64,000 nucleotides of DNA, taken from Eledone cirrhosa. Taxonomy: Eukaryota. The stretch covers positions 96,782,001-96,846,000 of the forward strand of contig OZ024740.1 of the NCBI GenBank assembly GCA_964016885.1, in the 5' to 3' direction. The notes beneath the pieces are model-generated. The model did no database searches. It was not told where the DNA came from and saw nothing but the letters and a program-made list of their open reading frames with translations. Both the position numbers and the translations under genes were made by a program. Below, one piece after another: positions 25,630 to 39,030 of this stretch; the first letter of the stretch is position 1, and the number at the start of each line of letters is the position of its first letter.

Positions 25630-28600
25630 TTGTTATTACATTTTTCTTGTTGTGTAAGGCATATAAGCTCTTGGACTTTGCACTGGGAAGAGGAAAGAAT
25701 AATATTTGGGCCTTTTGGCCCAAATATTTAAACAATATTTGAACAGTTTACTTTTGAAGTAAAAAAAAAAAAAAAAAAAAATGGCTGAGCCACGCCCCCC
25801 CAAGAAATATGTCTGTTTTCGTCTGACAACGGCGTAAAAGTTGAGAGGAGGGTTACAAAAATTGTTACAACAGACCACCACAAACAACGTGAACAATGAC
25901 AACACTGAGAACACTAATTTTGAAATAAATTACCACACCAACTACAAAAATAACAGCGTCAAGCAAAATACAGACAACAGAAAAAAATGACAACAAATGC
26001 AACAACCATATTAACACCACTAACAAGAAAATAGACAACGACATCACCAACAGCTACAATACAAATTGCACCGAAAACAACAACAACGGTGGCACCAAAA
26101 ACACAACCAACTACAACAGTGATAACAGCAACAACACCAACAACACCGTTTGTAGAAGTAGCAACAGCACCAATAAAAAGGCTAGTTGCAGCAATAATGG
26201 GGCCGCTGAAAAAGGGGCCACTTCTTTCGCAGGTGTGGCCCGAATTATAGAGATAGTGCTAGTCACGGAGGAGAAGATGGCAGTCGCAAGAGCCATGGTG
26301 TCGAGAAACAACAATAGAGTTTCCCTGAAACCTCCACCCGATTTCTTCAAAGACCAGCAGCTGCGCACTGTGACTTACCGTAAGCAAGATGTCGCATCGG
26401 GTGGAGAGAGCCACGGAAGTTCAAATCCAAAATGCTTTGGGATGCGTCTGGGCATGCAAAACCCACAAAAAGAACGCCACAATAGACGTACATTTCGCCA
26501 TCCCCCAAGAGGCGAAGTCTCACACTTTCGAAAACCTAAAGAGTGAGGAGATAGTCTTGGTGCCCTCCTACTGCAGGCAGAAAACTGTGAGGGTCAAAGT
26601 GACCCGGGTTCCGTCTGACGTGCCCATACATTGACTGGCCGCGTCCGTACTACTGCAAATACAGAGTATGGGAAGAGAGAACTGGTCAGGAATAGCCGTG
26701 CAAATGCTAATACAGACTGACCAGGAGTGCATCGAGGCCATCTCAGACATCATAGACCTCGAAGAAGGGCTCCAACTCCCTATAAGCGTGGAATAACGGC
26801 GTCCAATGTGCTATCCCTGTGGGCAGATGGGTCACATCAGGGACTTCTGTCCGCAGAAGACAGCCAAGAAGAGGGCCCTCTCCTTCTGACGCCTGATCCG
26901 TTGCTACCAAGAGCAGGGCAGGCAACAGAGGCAGAAGTGCCTTCTATGGTGAGTAGGATGGCAAAGTCCGTGGTACACTTATCAAGGCCACGGACAGCTA
27001 AAGGAGCGGCAGCAGTGGCGGCAACACCAACTGTCGCAATAGCTACACCGGCGGTAAAATCGCCTCATCGGGCTCCACTACCACCACCAACAGCAGTGGA
27101 GCTCATGTCCCTCTCGGACTCCGCGGTGTACGATATGGAGTTGGAGGCTGGAGGGTAGTGGAAAATGGTCTGCCACAAAAAAAACAAAAAACAAAAAGCC
27201 CTTAGCTTCACCCTCCAAAATCGAAGCTAGACAAAGAGGGGTTAAGGCTGCAAGGAGACTTGCAGCAACACCACCACCATCACCATCACCACCACAACTA
27301 TCGCCACCAACAACAACCACACCACCACCAGCATCACCAAAAACACCAACATCGTAAATACACCCAACAACAACATTAAAACAGCAACAGAATGACCCCT
27401 CCCCACAAAAGTCCACAACCATAAGCATGTCAAATAAAAAACTCTTACAACATATAAAGCACCACACAGACATCACAGAAAAAAAAACTACTACACCCAC
27501 CAACACCAAGAACTCTCCCGGCCAACATAAGCATCATTGAAATCTCAATAGAACATTACAAACTTTTAAAAGAAAAATTCCCCAACGCAGTTAGAGACTT
27601 CAGAGGGTCGGTTACCAAGAGGATATACACCGACATCCACTCGGAAGCACCCATGACCAGCAAAAGGGACGGTTCTACTATCCTTTCACCACACGATCAA
27701 GGTAAGTGATCCTTTCTCACTTACCTCATTTCTCATCCAACATGGCCGTACTTAGAATAGGCAGTATAAATGTACGTAGCATGGGGTCATCTTGGAAGCA
27801 GGGTCACCTGCTCAACGACCTCAGGTCACTAAACATAGATGTGGTGGCCATCAGCGAGACCAGAATTTCCGAAGCACGAGCCTACGCACCGATCCGCGGC
27901 GGCTACGATGTATGCGCATCTCCTAGCCGTCCAGGATCGGGGAGAGAGTTTGTCGTGCCTTTTCGGATAGGCTTGAATCTCGCCATACGGGCCATCTTCC
28001 TGGACCAAGAAGGTAAGTCGGTGGTGCTGGACGTGACCGGCAGTGAAAGCAATGCTTTCAGACTAGTAGGGGTCTACGCCCAAATAGGGGCAGGACGGCC
28101 AGATTTCTTCAGACGCCTAGAGACCTTTCTTGGAATGTCCCGCTCTTTAGTGTTAGTGGGCGACTGGAACGGTATCTTTTATGCACGCTGGGATTATGTA
28201 GGGCTCCTAGACAGGGCAGTAGGGTGTAAAAGCTTCAACAACCAGCTCAGACGTTTTGAACTGTCTGACAGGTGTAGACTGGATTATCCGAATGTGCAAA
28301 TGTGAACATGGGCAAACCGCATTGGGTCATCCAGATCGTATTTAGATAGGGTATTCTGTAGGGAAACAGAGAAGGCGAGTGCAGGCTGTCCACAATTTAA
28401 AGTAGTCGACTACAGAGGCCACGTTGCGATCTTCCAAGTTGACTTAGATAGACTCCATAGGCAAGAGCCCGGCTACTGGAAGCTGAACGCGTCGTTCCCG
28501 GTGCGCAAATGTTAGAGAGACCGGAGTAGCGAAGGTGTTAGCAAAGAGATTGGCGTTGTCGTCGGTGATCTGGTGGGTGAGGCGCAGACACGCGCCATCC

Positions 28601-30345
28601 CGGACATATCCATCCACGACAACCTCCATCTCATGCGATACATCATAGAGAAGGTGGCTAAGGAACCTGGCACGGGTGGATCAATCTAAAGCATTTGATA
28701 GGGTTGATCATCGGTACCTGGCTGCGGTCCTCGAGGTAGTCGGTTGGGGCCCGTTTTTAGGAGCTGGATCGGTGCCTTGCATAGCGACATCTGCTCGATT
28801 GTGAGGGTGAACGGTCACCTGGGGCAGCCTTTCAGCATCATGCGCTCTGTCCGCCAGGTTTGGCCCCTCTAATCCCTCTTGTACGTACTGGCCCTAGAGC
28901 CTTTACTACACAAATTGGAGACGATGATGGGGGTCCCACGCGAACTTGGATGCTGGAGATCCGTGTCAGCTTACGCCACCGACGTCACCATGATGGTGTC
29001 CGTCACGAAACACGTCCAGATGCTCGGCACCGCTCTCAAGGAATTCAAAGCGGTGAGAGGAGCGAAGATAAACCAGGAAAAGTCGGTGGGCTTGCAATTC
29101 GACACCTGGAGAGGCAGGTCCACGTCGTCCAAAAGCGTCGTGGGGCACTGGATCGAAGGACCGGTTAAATTGCTCGGCGTCTGGTTCGGACCGGACCTCC
29201 AGATGGAGAAAACCTGGAGCGAGGTGACGAGCAGGGTGGCCTCTCTCACCCAGAAATGGGCCGAGAGGAGGCTGTCTCTGAAAGGTTGGGTGGAGGTGGT
29301 GAATGCGTACATAGCGTCCGTCATCTGCTACCGCCTGACTGTCGTACCTTGCCCCCGCTCAACTCTGACCAAAATGGAGCACCTTTTCTTCCGCTTTTTG
29401 TGGAAGGGACGTGGTCCCATGGCCAGACGAGCCATTTGCTGTCAACACCCGTTGCGTGGAAGACTAGGCATGTCGTGGTTGATGATGCGCAAACATGCGC
29501 TGATGCTGCGACATCTCTGGTGCTTCCTTGACGGTGAACAGGTGTGGTCGCCGTATGCCAGACGCGCTTTTCCCCAGCTCGGCTCCTTGATGGAGCTGCA
29601 GTTCTGGATCAGGAAAAGACCGAGGGATAGCGTTTGGAAGCTGAAATGTATCCAAGCGCTCACCGCCCTCTACCGGCTGGGCACTAGTATCTGTGGAACA
29701 TCCACCTCGGCGTTCTATATAGGGCTAGTGGAGGGAAAGAGCGACGACTTTCTCGGGGAGACCCTGGGCGTCGAAGACGATCAGCTGTTCGCTCTCTTCA
29801 AGAGAACATTCAGACCGGGGCCTATGGACAATTTCCAGAAATCCCTGGCCTGGCAGTGCTACCGGGGAGCGTGCCGGTTCGGGATAAGCTCTACAGGGAC
29901 GGAGGTGCTGTCTGCCGAGCCTGTGCGAGGAGTGCAGGGCGACGAAACCATCCTGCACGCACTCGTTTAGTGCCCGAGGATTGCTGACTTATGGATCTAT
30001 GCTGTCGCGTGTAGGACAGATCCGCTTATCGACTGAGTCCATTGTCCAGATAGCCCCGCCATCCTCCTTTAAAGAGGAGGAAGGGCAGGCAGTTTTCATC
30101 TTCCATGGCGAAAGAGATTGTGTGGTGGACAAGATTGAAAGGGTTGAAAACGGACAAGTTCTCCGGCCAATCCCTGATTAACTTTTTCAAGTTTCACTTG
30201 AAGAGGAAATTAGGGTAGAGAGGCAAGTGCTGTCTTCTAGTAAATTTTTGGAAAGGTGGGTGAAAGTGGCTAGTCTGGTCCGAGTGAACGGGCCCGCAAT
30301 GTGTATACGCCTGTAGACTGCGGATTGGGCAAATGAGAGAAGGCG
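25630..30345 (+). mobile_element. Tx1/L1-clade LINE copy 1, degraded, with an internal deletion and truncated 3'UTR
   Basis: Asn/Thr-rich ORF1 with a CYPCGQMGHIRDFC knuckle. ORF2 starts at 27742 with an APE domain (IGSINVR, AISET, VGDWN, SYLD) and continues through RT (SKAFDRVDH, RQ..SPLLYVLALEP, SAYATD) to a C-terminal ETILHAL. About 0.8 kb is missing near 28525 relative to copy 2. Confidence 0.9.
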
Positions 30346-30361
30346 CTTTGACTCCGGTCTT

Positions 30362-33300
30362 TTGTGTTATTGAGTTTTTTTGTTGTTGTGTAAGGCATAC
30401 AAGCCCTTCGACTTTGCACTGTGAAGGGGAAAAAATAATATTTGGGCCTCTTGGCCCAAATATTTGAACTCTTTTACATTTTAAAAGAATTATCGAAACG
30501 AAAAAAAAAAAAAACATAGCTGAGCCACGCCCCCAGCGATATGTCTGCTGTCGTGCGACAACGACGTAAAAGTTGAGAGGAGCGCTACGGCGAAATTAAC
30601 AGGAATTAATAAAACAAACAACACCACAAACAATGTGAAGAAAGACAGCAATGATAACAACCCTGAGAACTCTAATTTTGAAAAAAGTGACAGTAACAGC
30701 GACAACGAAAATACAGCTAACAGAAAAAATGACAAATGCAACAACAATATCAACAACACTAACATGAAAACAAATAGCGACAACACCAACAACAACAATA
30801 CGAACTGCACCGAGAACAACGGCGGCACCAAAGACAACAATGATAACAGCGACAGTGATCACAACAACACCAACATGAACAACGACAACAACAACAACAC
30901 CCCCAACGACAACAAGAAGGACACTTTCGCTGCGGCAGCGGGCAAGAAAGAGGCCATGCTTCAACATAGACCTCTCAAACAAAGATGAAAAGTTGGCCAG
31001 GCCTGGAAGCTCATCAAGCAAGGGCAAACCTGGGCCGACTTAACTGTGCCGGTAGAAGCTATTGAGACAGTGGAGCGCAGAACTGTGCATTATAGATACA
31101 ATCTCAGCGCAAACCAAAAGGGCAGCTATAATACCACAATCAGATGTCGAAGTCGCGCTGAGGTGCATCAGAGATGTTACCGAATACATAGCGAGGGGCA
31201 TGTATTTCGTACGGCACCATTTTGGTGCTGTTCAAGACAGAAACCCTCGCTATGAAACACGCTATGACTCCTTGCAAAACCAGCAAGGTCATAATGTACC
31301 CCTCCCACATGGAAAAAAGAACGGCCCGTCTCCGCATTCCCAGAATCCCACCAGGACTTGACATGTGGTGGGTTCTGGGATGTGTGATTGTGGAGCGGAC
31401 GGATACCGTCCCGATAGAAGTGACAAGAACAGCCAGAGAGGACTGGTCCGGGATTGAAGTGGAGATACTTCTCCAGATTAGGCCCAAGAATGTGAAGACA
31501 ATCCCGGACTACATCCGCTTCAGAATGGGACGGTCATTCATATTACGACCTAGGGCAAATGGCCGCGTTGTTTTGTTTGTGGGGAAAAAACCCATTAGCG
31601 GGCATTCTACCCTCAACTGCTAAATGATGCAAGGGGGCGAAGTGATCCACTGCTGCCGACGCCGGGGCGAGGACCACAACCAACACAAGCACCGGCAAAA
31701 CCACCAACAACAGCACCAATAGAAAGACCACTACCAACATTGACCACTCAGGGGGGAAACGAGGAAAGTTGTCAAAAAAGACACACAAAAAATACACACA
31801 TCAATAACGACATAAACACACACACAGACACACTTACAGACACAGACCCCTCATCTACCAGTAGTGAAGATGAGGGAAAACCAAAATCCCCCAAAATACA
31901 AAAAAGGAAACACAAAAAGGAAAAGAAAACTTAACAAAGCACAAAATCACCCACAATGAAAAATGCAGACACCACCCACGCAAACAAATCTCCAATAACA
32001 CCAACATCAACACCATCATCACCATCACCAGAATCCCCAAACGCAAACAACCTAAACAGACGCAAGAACAAATACACAAACAAACATCTTAAGCCACATA
32101 CACAGCACTCACAACAAACTCAGACACAACGTAAACAACACCACCACAGCCACGCAAAGAAATAAAATCACCCTAACAAAACATACAAAACTTTGTGCTC
32201 GTCAGGAGGGCCAACAAGGAACGGATGGCCTTCGTAGCACGAAGGGAAAATATACAAAAAGAGGTGGAAATGTTTAAATCGAGCACTTTTCGCGTGCCGG
32301 AAGATTTGCTTCTGGTGTGAATGTCGCTCGATTTATACAAATAGATACGAGATAGCTTTCCTCGGGACGTGGTAACCCCGAACGTAAAACCCACTTCGTG
32401 AATTTTAAAGGGTTTCCCAAAAGAAAACCCATCAACTATGGAGGTTGAACCACATGACCTTCACAAGAGCCTGGAAGGTAAGTAAACCTTTACCCTCTCT
32501 CTTTTAACCTGCCAACATGGCCGTATTAAGAGTAGGAAGTTTAAATGTTCGAGGCCTGGGATGGTCCTGGAAGCAGGGTCATCTGCTATACGGCCTCAGG
32601 TCTCTAGAAATGGATGTAATTGCCGTCAGCGAGACCAGGATTTCCAAAACGCGCGCACTAGCGTCCATTTTCGACGACTATCAGATCAGTGCATCTGTTA
32701 GTCGGCCGGGAATGGGATGTGGGGTGGCAGTGTTGTTTAGGAAAGGCCTGGATCTCGAGGTAAGGTCGATCTTCCGGTTCCCGGACGAGAAGTTGTTGGT
32801 CCTGGACGTGAACAATAACCAAGGTGGCGCCTTTAGACTGGTAGCCGTCTACGCCCCTACCGGGGCAGGACGGCCTGACTTCTTTAGACGCCTAGAAGAC
32901 TTTCTGGGTACGACTCACCCTTTACTGTTAGCGGGGGACTGGAACGGCTTCTTAGGTGCACGCTGTGGGGGTGCAAAAGCCTCAAGAACCTGATCAGACA
33001 GTTCCAACTGTCTGACAATACCGACTAGATTTCCTTAATGCGCCAGTGTGGACCTGGACTAACCGTAAAGGGTCATCTAGATCGTATATAGACAGGATAT
33101 TCATTAGGAAAATAAACAGAAATAGGATAATCTGTTCACGTTTTAAAACGGTCGCCTATTCAGATCACAAGTTTGTGATCTGTATGGTCGACCTAGATAA
33201 GACGCGTAGATTAGGACCTGGTTACTGGAAGCTAAACAGGTCGTTTCCGGCACGTAAGTCTTACAGGGACCAGGTCAACAATTTAGTTAAGAAAAAGTTG

Positions 33301-36092
33301 ACAGGGGGAGTCGTCAACAATAGATGGTGGGGGGCTCTCAAACGAGAGATTAGAGTAATGTCGATAGAGTTTAGCAAAGAAGTAGCGTTAGGGAAAAATA
33401 GAAAGGAGGGGCTGTTGGTAGATAAGTTAGACGAGGCTATTAGTAGTGGCATTGCAACTAACGTGCTAGCGGCGAGAATGGCATTAGACCATTTCTTCAA
33501 CGCGAAACACGAAGTTTGCTTTGTCAGAGCTAAGGTGCGTGCGCTGAGAAACGAGGGAACCAAAGCTGTTCGATGGGCCCGTGTGGCAGAGGCGCAGCGT
33601 GGTAATAAAACCACGTTTTGGTCCTTGACGGACCGAGACGGACACGAGCTGAGCGATTCCAAGCGGTGTGTGAGGCCTTTCGCCAACATTTTGCTCGGTT
33701 GTTCGGGGAAAGTGGTTGGTCAGAGATGGTGGCGAACTTCAGTCCCTACCTCGATGGCTTGCCGCAACTCTCGACGGCCGACGCTGGGCGCTGCGAAAGG
33801 CTGATTACTTAAGCCGAGATTCAGGATGCCCTTGTCGGCTGCTTGAGGCGCAAGTGAACCGGTTTGGATGGTCTGTCCTACGAGCTTTACGAAAATATGC
33901 CAGACTTGTTCTCCAATCTCCTCGAAGTGCTCTACTTCAACTGGCAGCACAACAGGAGCATTCCCAGTTCTGTGGGCCGGAGCGTAGTGACGCTGATAAG
34001 GAAAGACGAGAACAAAAGGGACATATTAGACAATGTCAGGCCAATAACTCTGCTCAACACAGAGTTTAAGATTGTGGCCAGGGTGTTAGCGGAGAGGTTG
34101 GCGCTTGTCGTCTGGCATTTGGTTGGGGAGCCGCAAAATTGCGCAATCCCAAACAGGTCCATAAACGACAACCTCCACCTAATGCAATACATCATAGAGA
34201 GAGTAGGGTGTAAACTTGGCTTCGGTTGGGTATCTGATCAATTTAGATCAATCGTAAGCATTCCATAGGGTCGACCACTGGTACATGGAGGCTGTCCTCA
34301 AGGTGGCTGGCTTCGGCCCCGTCTTCAGAAGCTGGATCGCTGCAATGCACAGCGGCACCTGCTCGGTGGTCAAAATTAATGGCCACCTCTCGGAACCTTT
34401 TCAGGTCTCACGAGCGGTCCGTCAAGGTGCCCTCTCTCCTCCCTTTTGTACGTACTGACTCTCGAGGCTTTAGTGCGGAAGATGGAGCTGTTGCAGGGCA
34501 TCCTAGTCGAACCGGAACGCGGAAACGTTGTGTCGGCTTATGCCCACGACATCACCGTGATGGTGTCGGACACATCAGAAATCGAGGTGGTCAGCAACTT
34601 ATTGGAGGTTTATGAAAGTTTGACGGGAGCAAAACTTAACCGGGAAAAGTCGGTGTGCTTGCAACTCGGCACCTGGAGAAGGCAAGTCCGTGCCGTCCAA
34701 CAGCATCCTTAGGCGCTGGACGGACGGACCGGTAAAGTTGCTCGGGGTTTGGTTCGAGGCAGACCTCCAGGTGGATAAGAATTGGGACGAGGTGACGGGC
34801 AGGGTAGCCAGTCTCACCAAATAAATGGGCTGGGAGGAACCTATCACTGAAAGGTCGGGTGGAGGTGGCGAACGCGCACATCGCGTCCATCATCTACTAC
34901 CGTCTACACGTCGTCCGTTACCCCCCTTCGCGCCTCGCCATCTTGGAGCGGCTCCTCTTCAAATTATTGTGGAGGAGTCAGGTACCGATGGTGAGGCGGT
35001 CCATATGCTGCCAGCACCCTATACGTGAAGGGCTGGGCATGCCGTGGCTAATGATGCGCTGACACGCGCTGAGGCTGCGGCAGCTCCAGATATTCTGCCT
35101 AAACGGTGAACAGGTGTGGTCGCTGTTTGCATATGGGCTTTTCCGCAGCTCGTCTCTTTGACTGAGCTGCAGTCCTGGGTCAAGAAGAGACAGAAACTGG
35201 GTGAGTGGCATCTGGAATGTTGCCAGGCACTCAATACCCCCTATCTGGCGGGAAATGCGGTCAGTGGAACTTCCACTCTCGAGTGGGGACGATGGATACA
35301 TTTCCAAAAATCCCACGCTTGGCAGTGCTACCGGGGAGCACTGGCGGTTCGAGATAAACTCTACAGGCACGGAAGTGCTGTCAGACGGACCTGCCCAAGA
35401 TGCGCGCAGGGCGACGAAACCGTTCTGCACGCACTCGTCCAGTTTCCGTGCATTACTGACTTGTGGAGTCATGTCGAACAGCTCTTGTCGCTTGTAGAAT
35501 GGATCCGGCTATCGGCCGAGTCCATAGTAAATATCGACCCGCCGCCATCTTTTGGCCAGGAAGGACAGGAAATTTTCCTCTCTCTGATGACAGTAGCGAA
35601 AGAGGTTGTATGGTGGACCCGGTTGAAAGGACTGAAGACAGATACTTTTTTCTTCGGCCAATCTCTCATCAAATTTTTCAAGTTTCACTTGGAAAGGAAG
35701 TTGAGGGTGGAGTGAGAAGTGCTGCACACCAGTACATTTGCTGAAAGGTGAGTGAATGTGGCAAGAATGGCCTTCGTGAGTGTGCCTTTTCTGGTCATGC
35801 GCCTGTAGGTGGGTAAATTTGAGGAGGAGAGGGGTGCCCTTCCAGGGTGCTCTCAAAGCGTCAGCTCGGTCAGGATTGGTGGGGTACCTGAGCGAACCCT
35901 GGATGGTCATCCCCCTTATTGGGGATATTTTTCTTGTTGTAATTTTCTTGTTACTTTATTGTTACTTTGTTATTGTTATTCATATTGTTTACTCGATTTT
36001 TCTGTAAGACCCCACTGTGCCAGTCTTTTGTATTGTCCCCTATATGTCGGCCCTTGTGGCCAATAAATGAAATCATTATTATTATTATTATT
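30362..36092 (+). mobile_element. Tx1/L1-clade LINE copy 2, near full length, many frameshifts
   Basis: 5'UTR homologous to copy 1, ORF1 remnant, and ORF2 from 32517 (VGSLNVRG, VYAPTG, SYIDRIF, SDHK, GPGYWKLN, RPITLLNTEFKI, AYAHD, CPRC..ETVLHALV). Ends AATAAATGAAATC(ATT)n. Confidence 0.93.
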
Positions 36093-36189
36093 GGCGACCT
36101 ACGTAGGAAATCGTATTATCGGGAGCTCCGCAAAGGTTTGTTGTTTTCAGGTGTTTAAAATTGCCATTTATGGAAAATCTTTATTGTTA

Positions 36190-38688
36190 ACTGTATATAA
36201 GTGCACAGACATAGTTTTCTGAAAAGGACACTCAAAAAGATTGGGGCTTGAGCCCAAAATTTAAACTTTTATAATTATCAAACAACAATTTCTTTGAACA
36301 AATCATGGACGACTCACAGTCACACCTTCCTCACAAACGAACACATCACACCGACACCACCATTGTAAATATTACTACGTTTGCCAATACTAAAAATATA
36401 AGCAGTAGCCGTAATTTAAATTTGTCTCATGCAGACATTCATTTCCCGCCATTATCAATGACTACAGCTGTTGAAGCGACCACCCCCACCATCACCACAG
36501 CGACAACAGAAACAAAAGAAAAAAATAAATTATCTCGTGACATCGAAATGGATTCACCCAGAATGAACTCTTCCACACCGAACATCACTGACGCCACCAC
36601 CACCACAACTGCAACTAAAAATAACAATAACAAAAATAACGATAACAACAACAGCAACAAAAAAAATGAGAATAAGAAAACCACCGTATTTTGCCAGAGT
36701 AGCAAAAAAGGGCGAAGCAATCCAGGTAACTCAGAAGGAATTAGATGAAGCCAAGAGAATGGTAAAGAAAGATGGGTCAGCCTCACTCCATACCCCCATC
36801 CCCACACCTACCTAATAAAATGGAGCATCGGTGTCTATGCGCCGTGTCTTATCGGACGAATAAGATAAAATCGCGCCGAGTGGAACGAGCATCCGAGACA
36901 CAAATCCAAAAAGCTTTGGGACATGTGTGGGCAAAAAAACACCACATCAGACGTGGGCAGAAATATGGAACCGTGGACGTGTACTTTGGAACACCACAGG
37001 AGGCCAGAGAACACTCCATGGCTCCATTAAGAAGTGACGACTTCACGCTCGTCCCAAGCTATTGTGGCCAGAGACTCGTGAAGATCAGGGTGACCCACGT
37101 TCCAGCCGCCATCGAAATTCCCTGCCTAATGGCTGCCGTCCTCGCCGGCATCGAGGCCAACACCAAGATAATCGAAATAGCGAAAGAAAAGCAGGTAAAC
37201 TGGTCAGGATCCGGGATGGAGCTCCTGATCCAAGCGGACCATAAATGCATTGAGGACATCCCAGAGGTAATAGACCGCACAGACGGCTGCCACCTCACCG
37301 TAATCGCCGAGAGCAGAAGGCCTAGGTGTGTCGTTTGTGGTGAAGGAAACCACCTAAGGGCTTTCTGCCCTCAGGCTAAAAGGTTGAGGCCACCTCTCTT
37401 ACCCGCCCCAGTGACTCAACCATCAACACCACCACTTTAGCCCCGCCTAACTGCGGTGGATTGTTTGCTCTTTCGCTTTTTGTGGAAGGGACGGGCTCCG
37501 ATGGTCAGGAGGTCCATATGCTGTCAACACCCGCTACGTGGAGGGCTGGGCATGCCGTGGCTGATGATGCGCAGACACGCGCTCAGGCTACGAAATATCC
37601 GCCTCTTCCTCGACGGTGATTAGGTGTGGTCTCCGTTTGCTAGACGCGTCTTTCCCCAGCTCGTCTCCTTGACGAAGCTGCAGTCCTGGATCAAGCGAAA
37701 ACCGAGAGGGAGCGCTTGGAGACTGGAATGTCTTCAGGCGCTCACAGCCCTCGACCAATCGGGAAATGTGATCGGTGGAAAAACCACCTCGGCGTTCTAT
37801 AGAGGATTAGTGGAGGGGAAGAACGACGACGTACTTGGGGAAACTCTAGGCGTCGACGAAAATCAATATAGCCAATCTCTTCGGAAGTACTTTCGGGCCG
37901 GGGCCTATGGACAACTTCCAGAAATCCCTGGTGGCCTGGCAGTACCACCGAGGAGCTTTGCCAGTTCGGGATAAAATCTACAGGCATGGAGGTGCCGTCA
38001 GCCGGGCATGTCCGAGATGCGCGCAGGGCGATGAAACCCTCCTGCACGCACTCGTCCAATGTCCGAGCATTGCTTACTTGAGGGTTTATGTCGAACACCT
38101 GATGTCGCGATTAGGACGGATTTGGCTATCAGCTGAGTCCATCGTGAGGTTTGGCCCGCTCTCTTCCTTTAGTCGAGAAGGACAGGCAGTTTTTATCTGT
38201 CTGGTGGTAATGGCGAAAGAGATAGTATGGTGGACACGTTTGAAAGGGCTGAAGACAAGCACTTACCTCTTCGGTGATGCCCTGATTAATATTTTCAAAT
38301 TTCATTTGTAAAGGAAAATCAGGGTAGAGAGAGAAGTGCTCTCTTCCCAGCATTTTGTTGAAAGATGGGTGAGAGAAGCAAGGATGGACCGAGTGAATGG
38401 GCCTACTCTGAGTATGTGTCTGTAAATTAAAGGTGGAAAACTGGTAGAGGGCACTTGCGCTGGTGGTCAGGATCAATGTGGCCTTTTAATGGGCTTTCTC
38501 CACAAATGTCCCTCGGAAGTCTCTCCCCTATTGGGGAATTGTTCATTGGTATTTTTTGTTACATCCTCTATTTTTGTTTTTTACACGCAGAAATAGCCAT
38601 TTGAACCGTCCTGTATTGTCATGTACTGTCCTTAATGTCTACTTTATGTAAACCCTTGTGGTTAATAAAGAAATCATTATTATTATTA
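36190..38688 (+). mobile_element. Tx1/L1-clade LINE copy 3: ORF1 fused by a large deletion to the ORF2 C-terminus
   Basis: ORF 36772-37440 has CVVCGEGNHLRAFC. After ~37440 the sequence jumps to [22 protein letters not shown], so EN and RT are absent. Ends AATAAAGAAATC(ATT)n. Confidence 0.88.
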
Positions 38689-38716
38689 GTAGTAGTAGTA
38701 GTAGTAGTAGTAGTAC

Positions 38717-38750
<34 letters not shown>

Positions 38751-38769
38751 CGTCGTCGTCGTCGTCGTC

Positions 38770-38800
<31 letters not shown>

Positions 38801-38812
38801 CAGTAGTATTAG
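38675..38812. repeat. (ATT)n>(AGT)n>(CGT)n>(AGT)n trinucleotide tract
   Basis: Directly visible; continuous with the LINE tail. Confidence 0.95.
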
Positions 38813-38911
38813 TTGCTATTATCAATGTATATGCGATATTTTCACAAAAGCATATAGAAATATATTAAGATATTGAATAAATAAGACAGGGCAATACAAG
38901 TTATATTCTTG

Positions 38912-39030
<119 letters not shown>

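Noticed and set aside
28500-28545. Tx1 internal deletions (also ~37440) as spliced introns
   Set aside because: The junctions do not coincide with the conserved GTAAGT donor and cannot be shown to be GT-AG.
30490-31027. Hydrophobic membrane-like ORFs on the minus strand (also 25636-26368 and 36439-36807)
   Set aside because: Antisense of the (AAC)-rich Tx1 ORF1.
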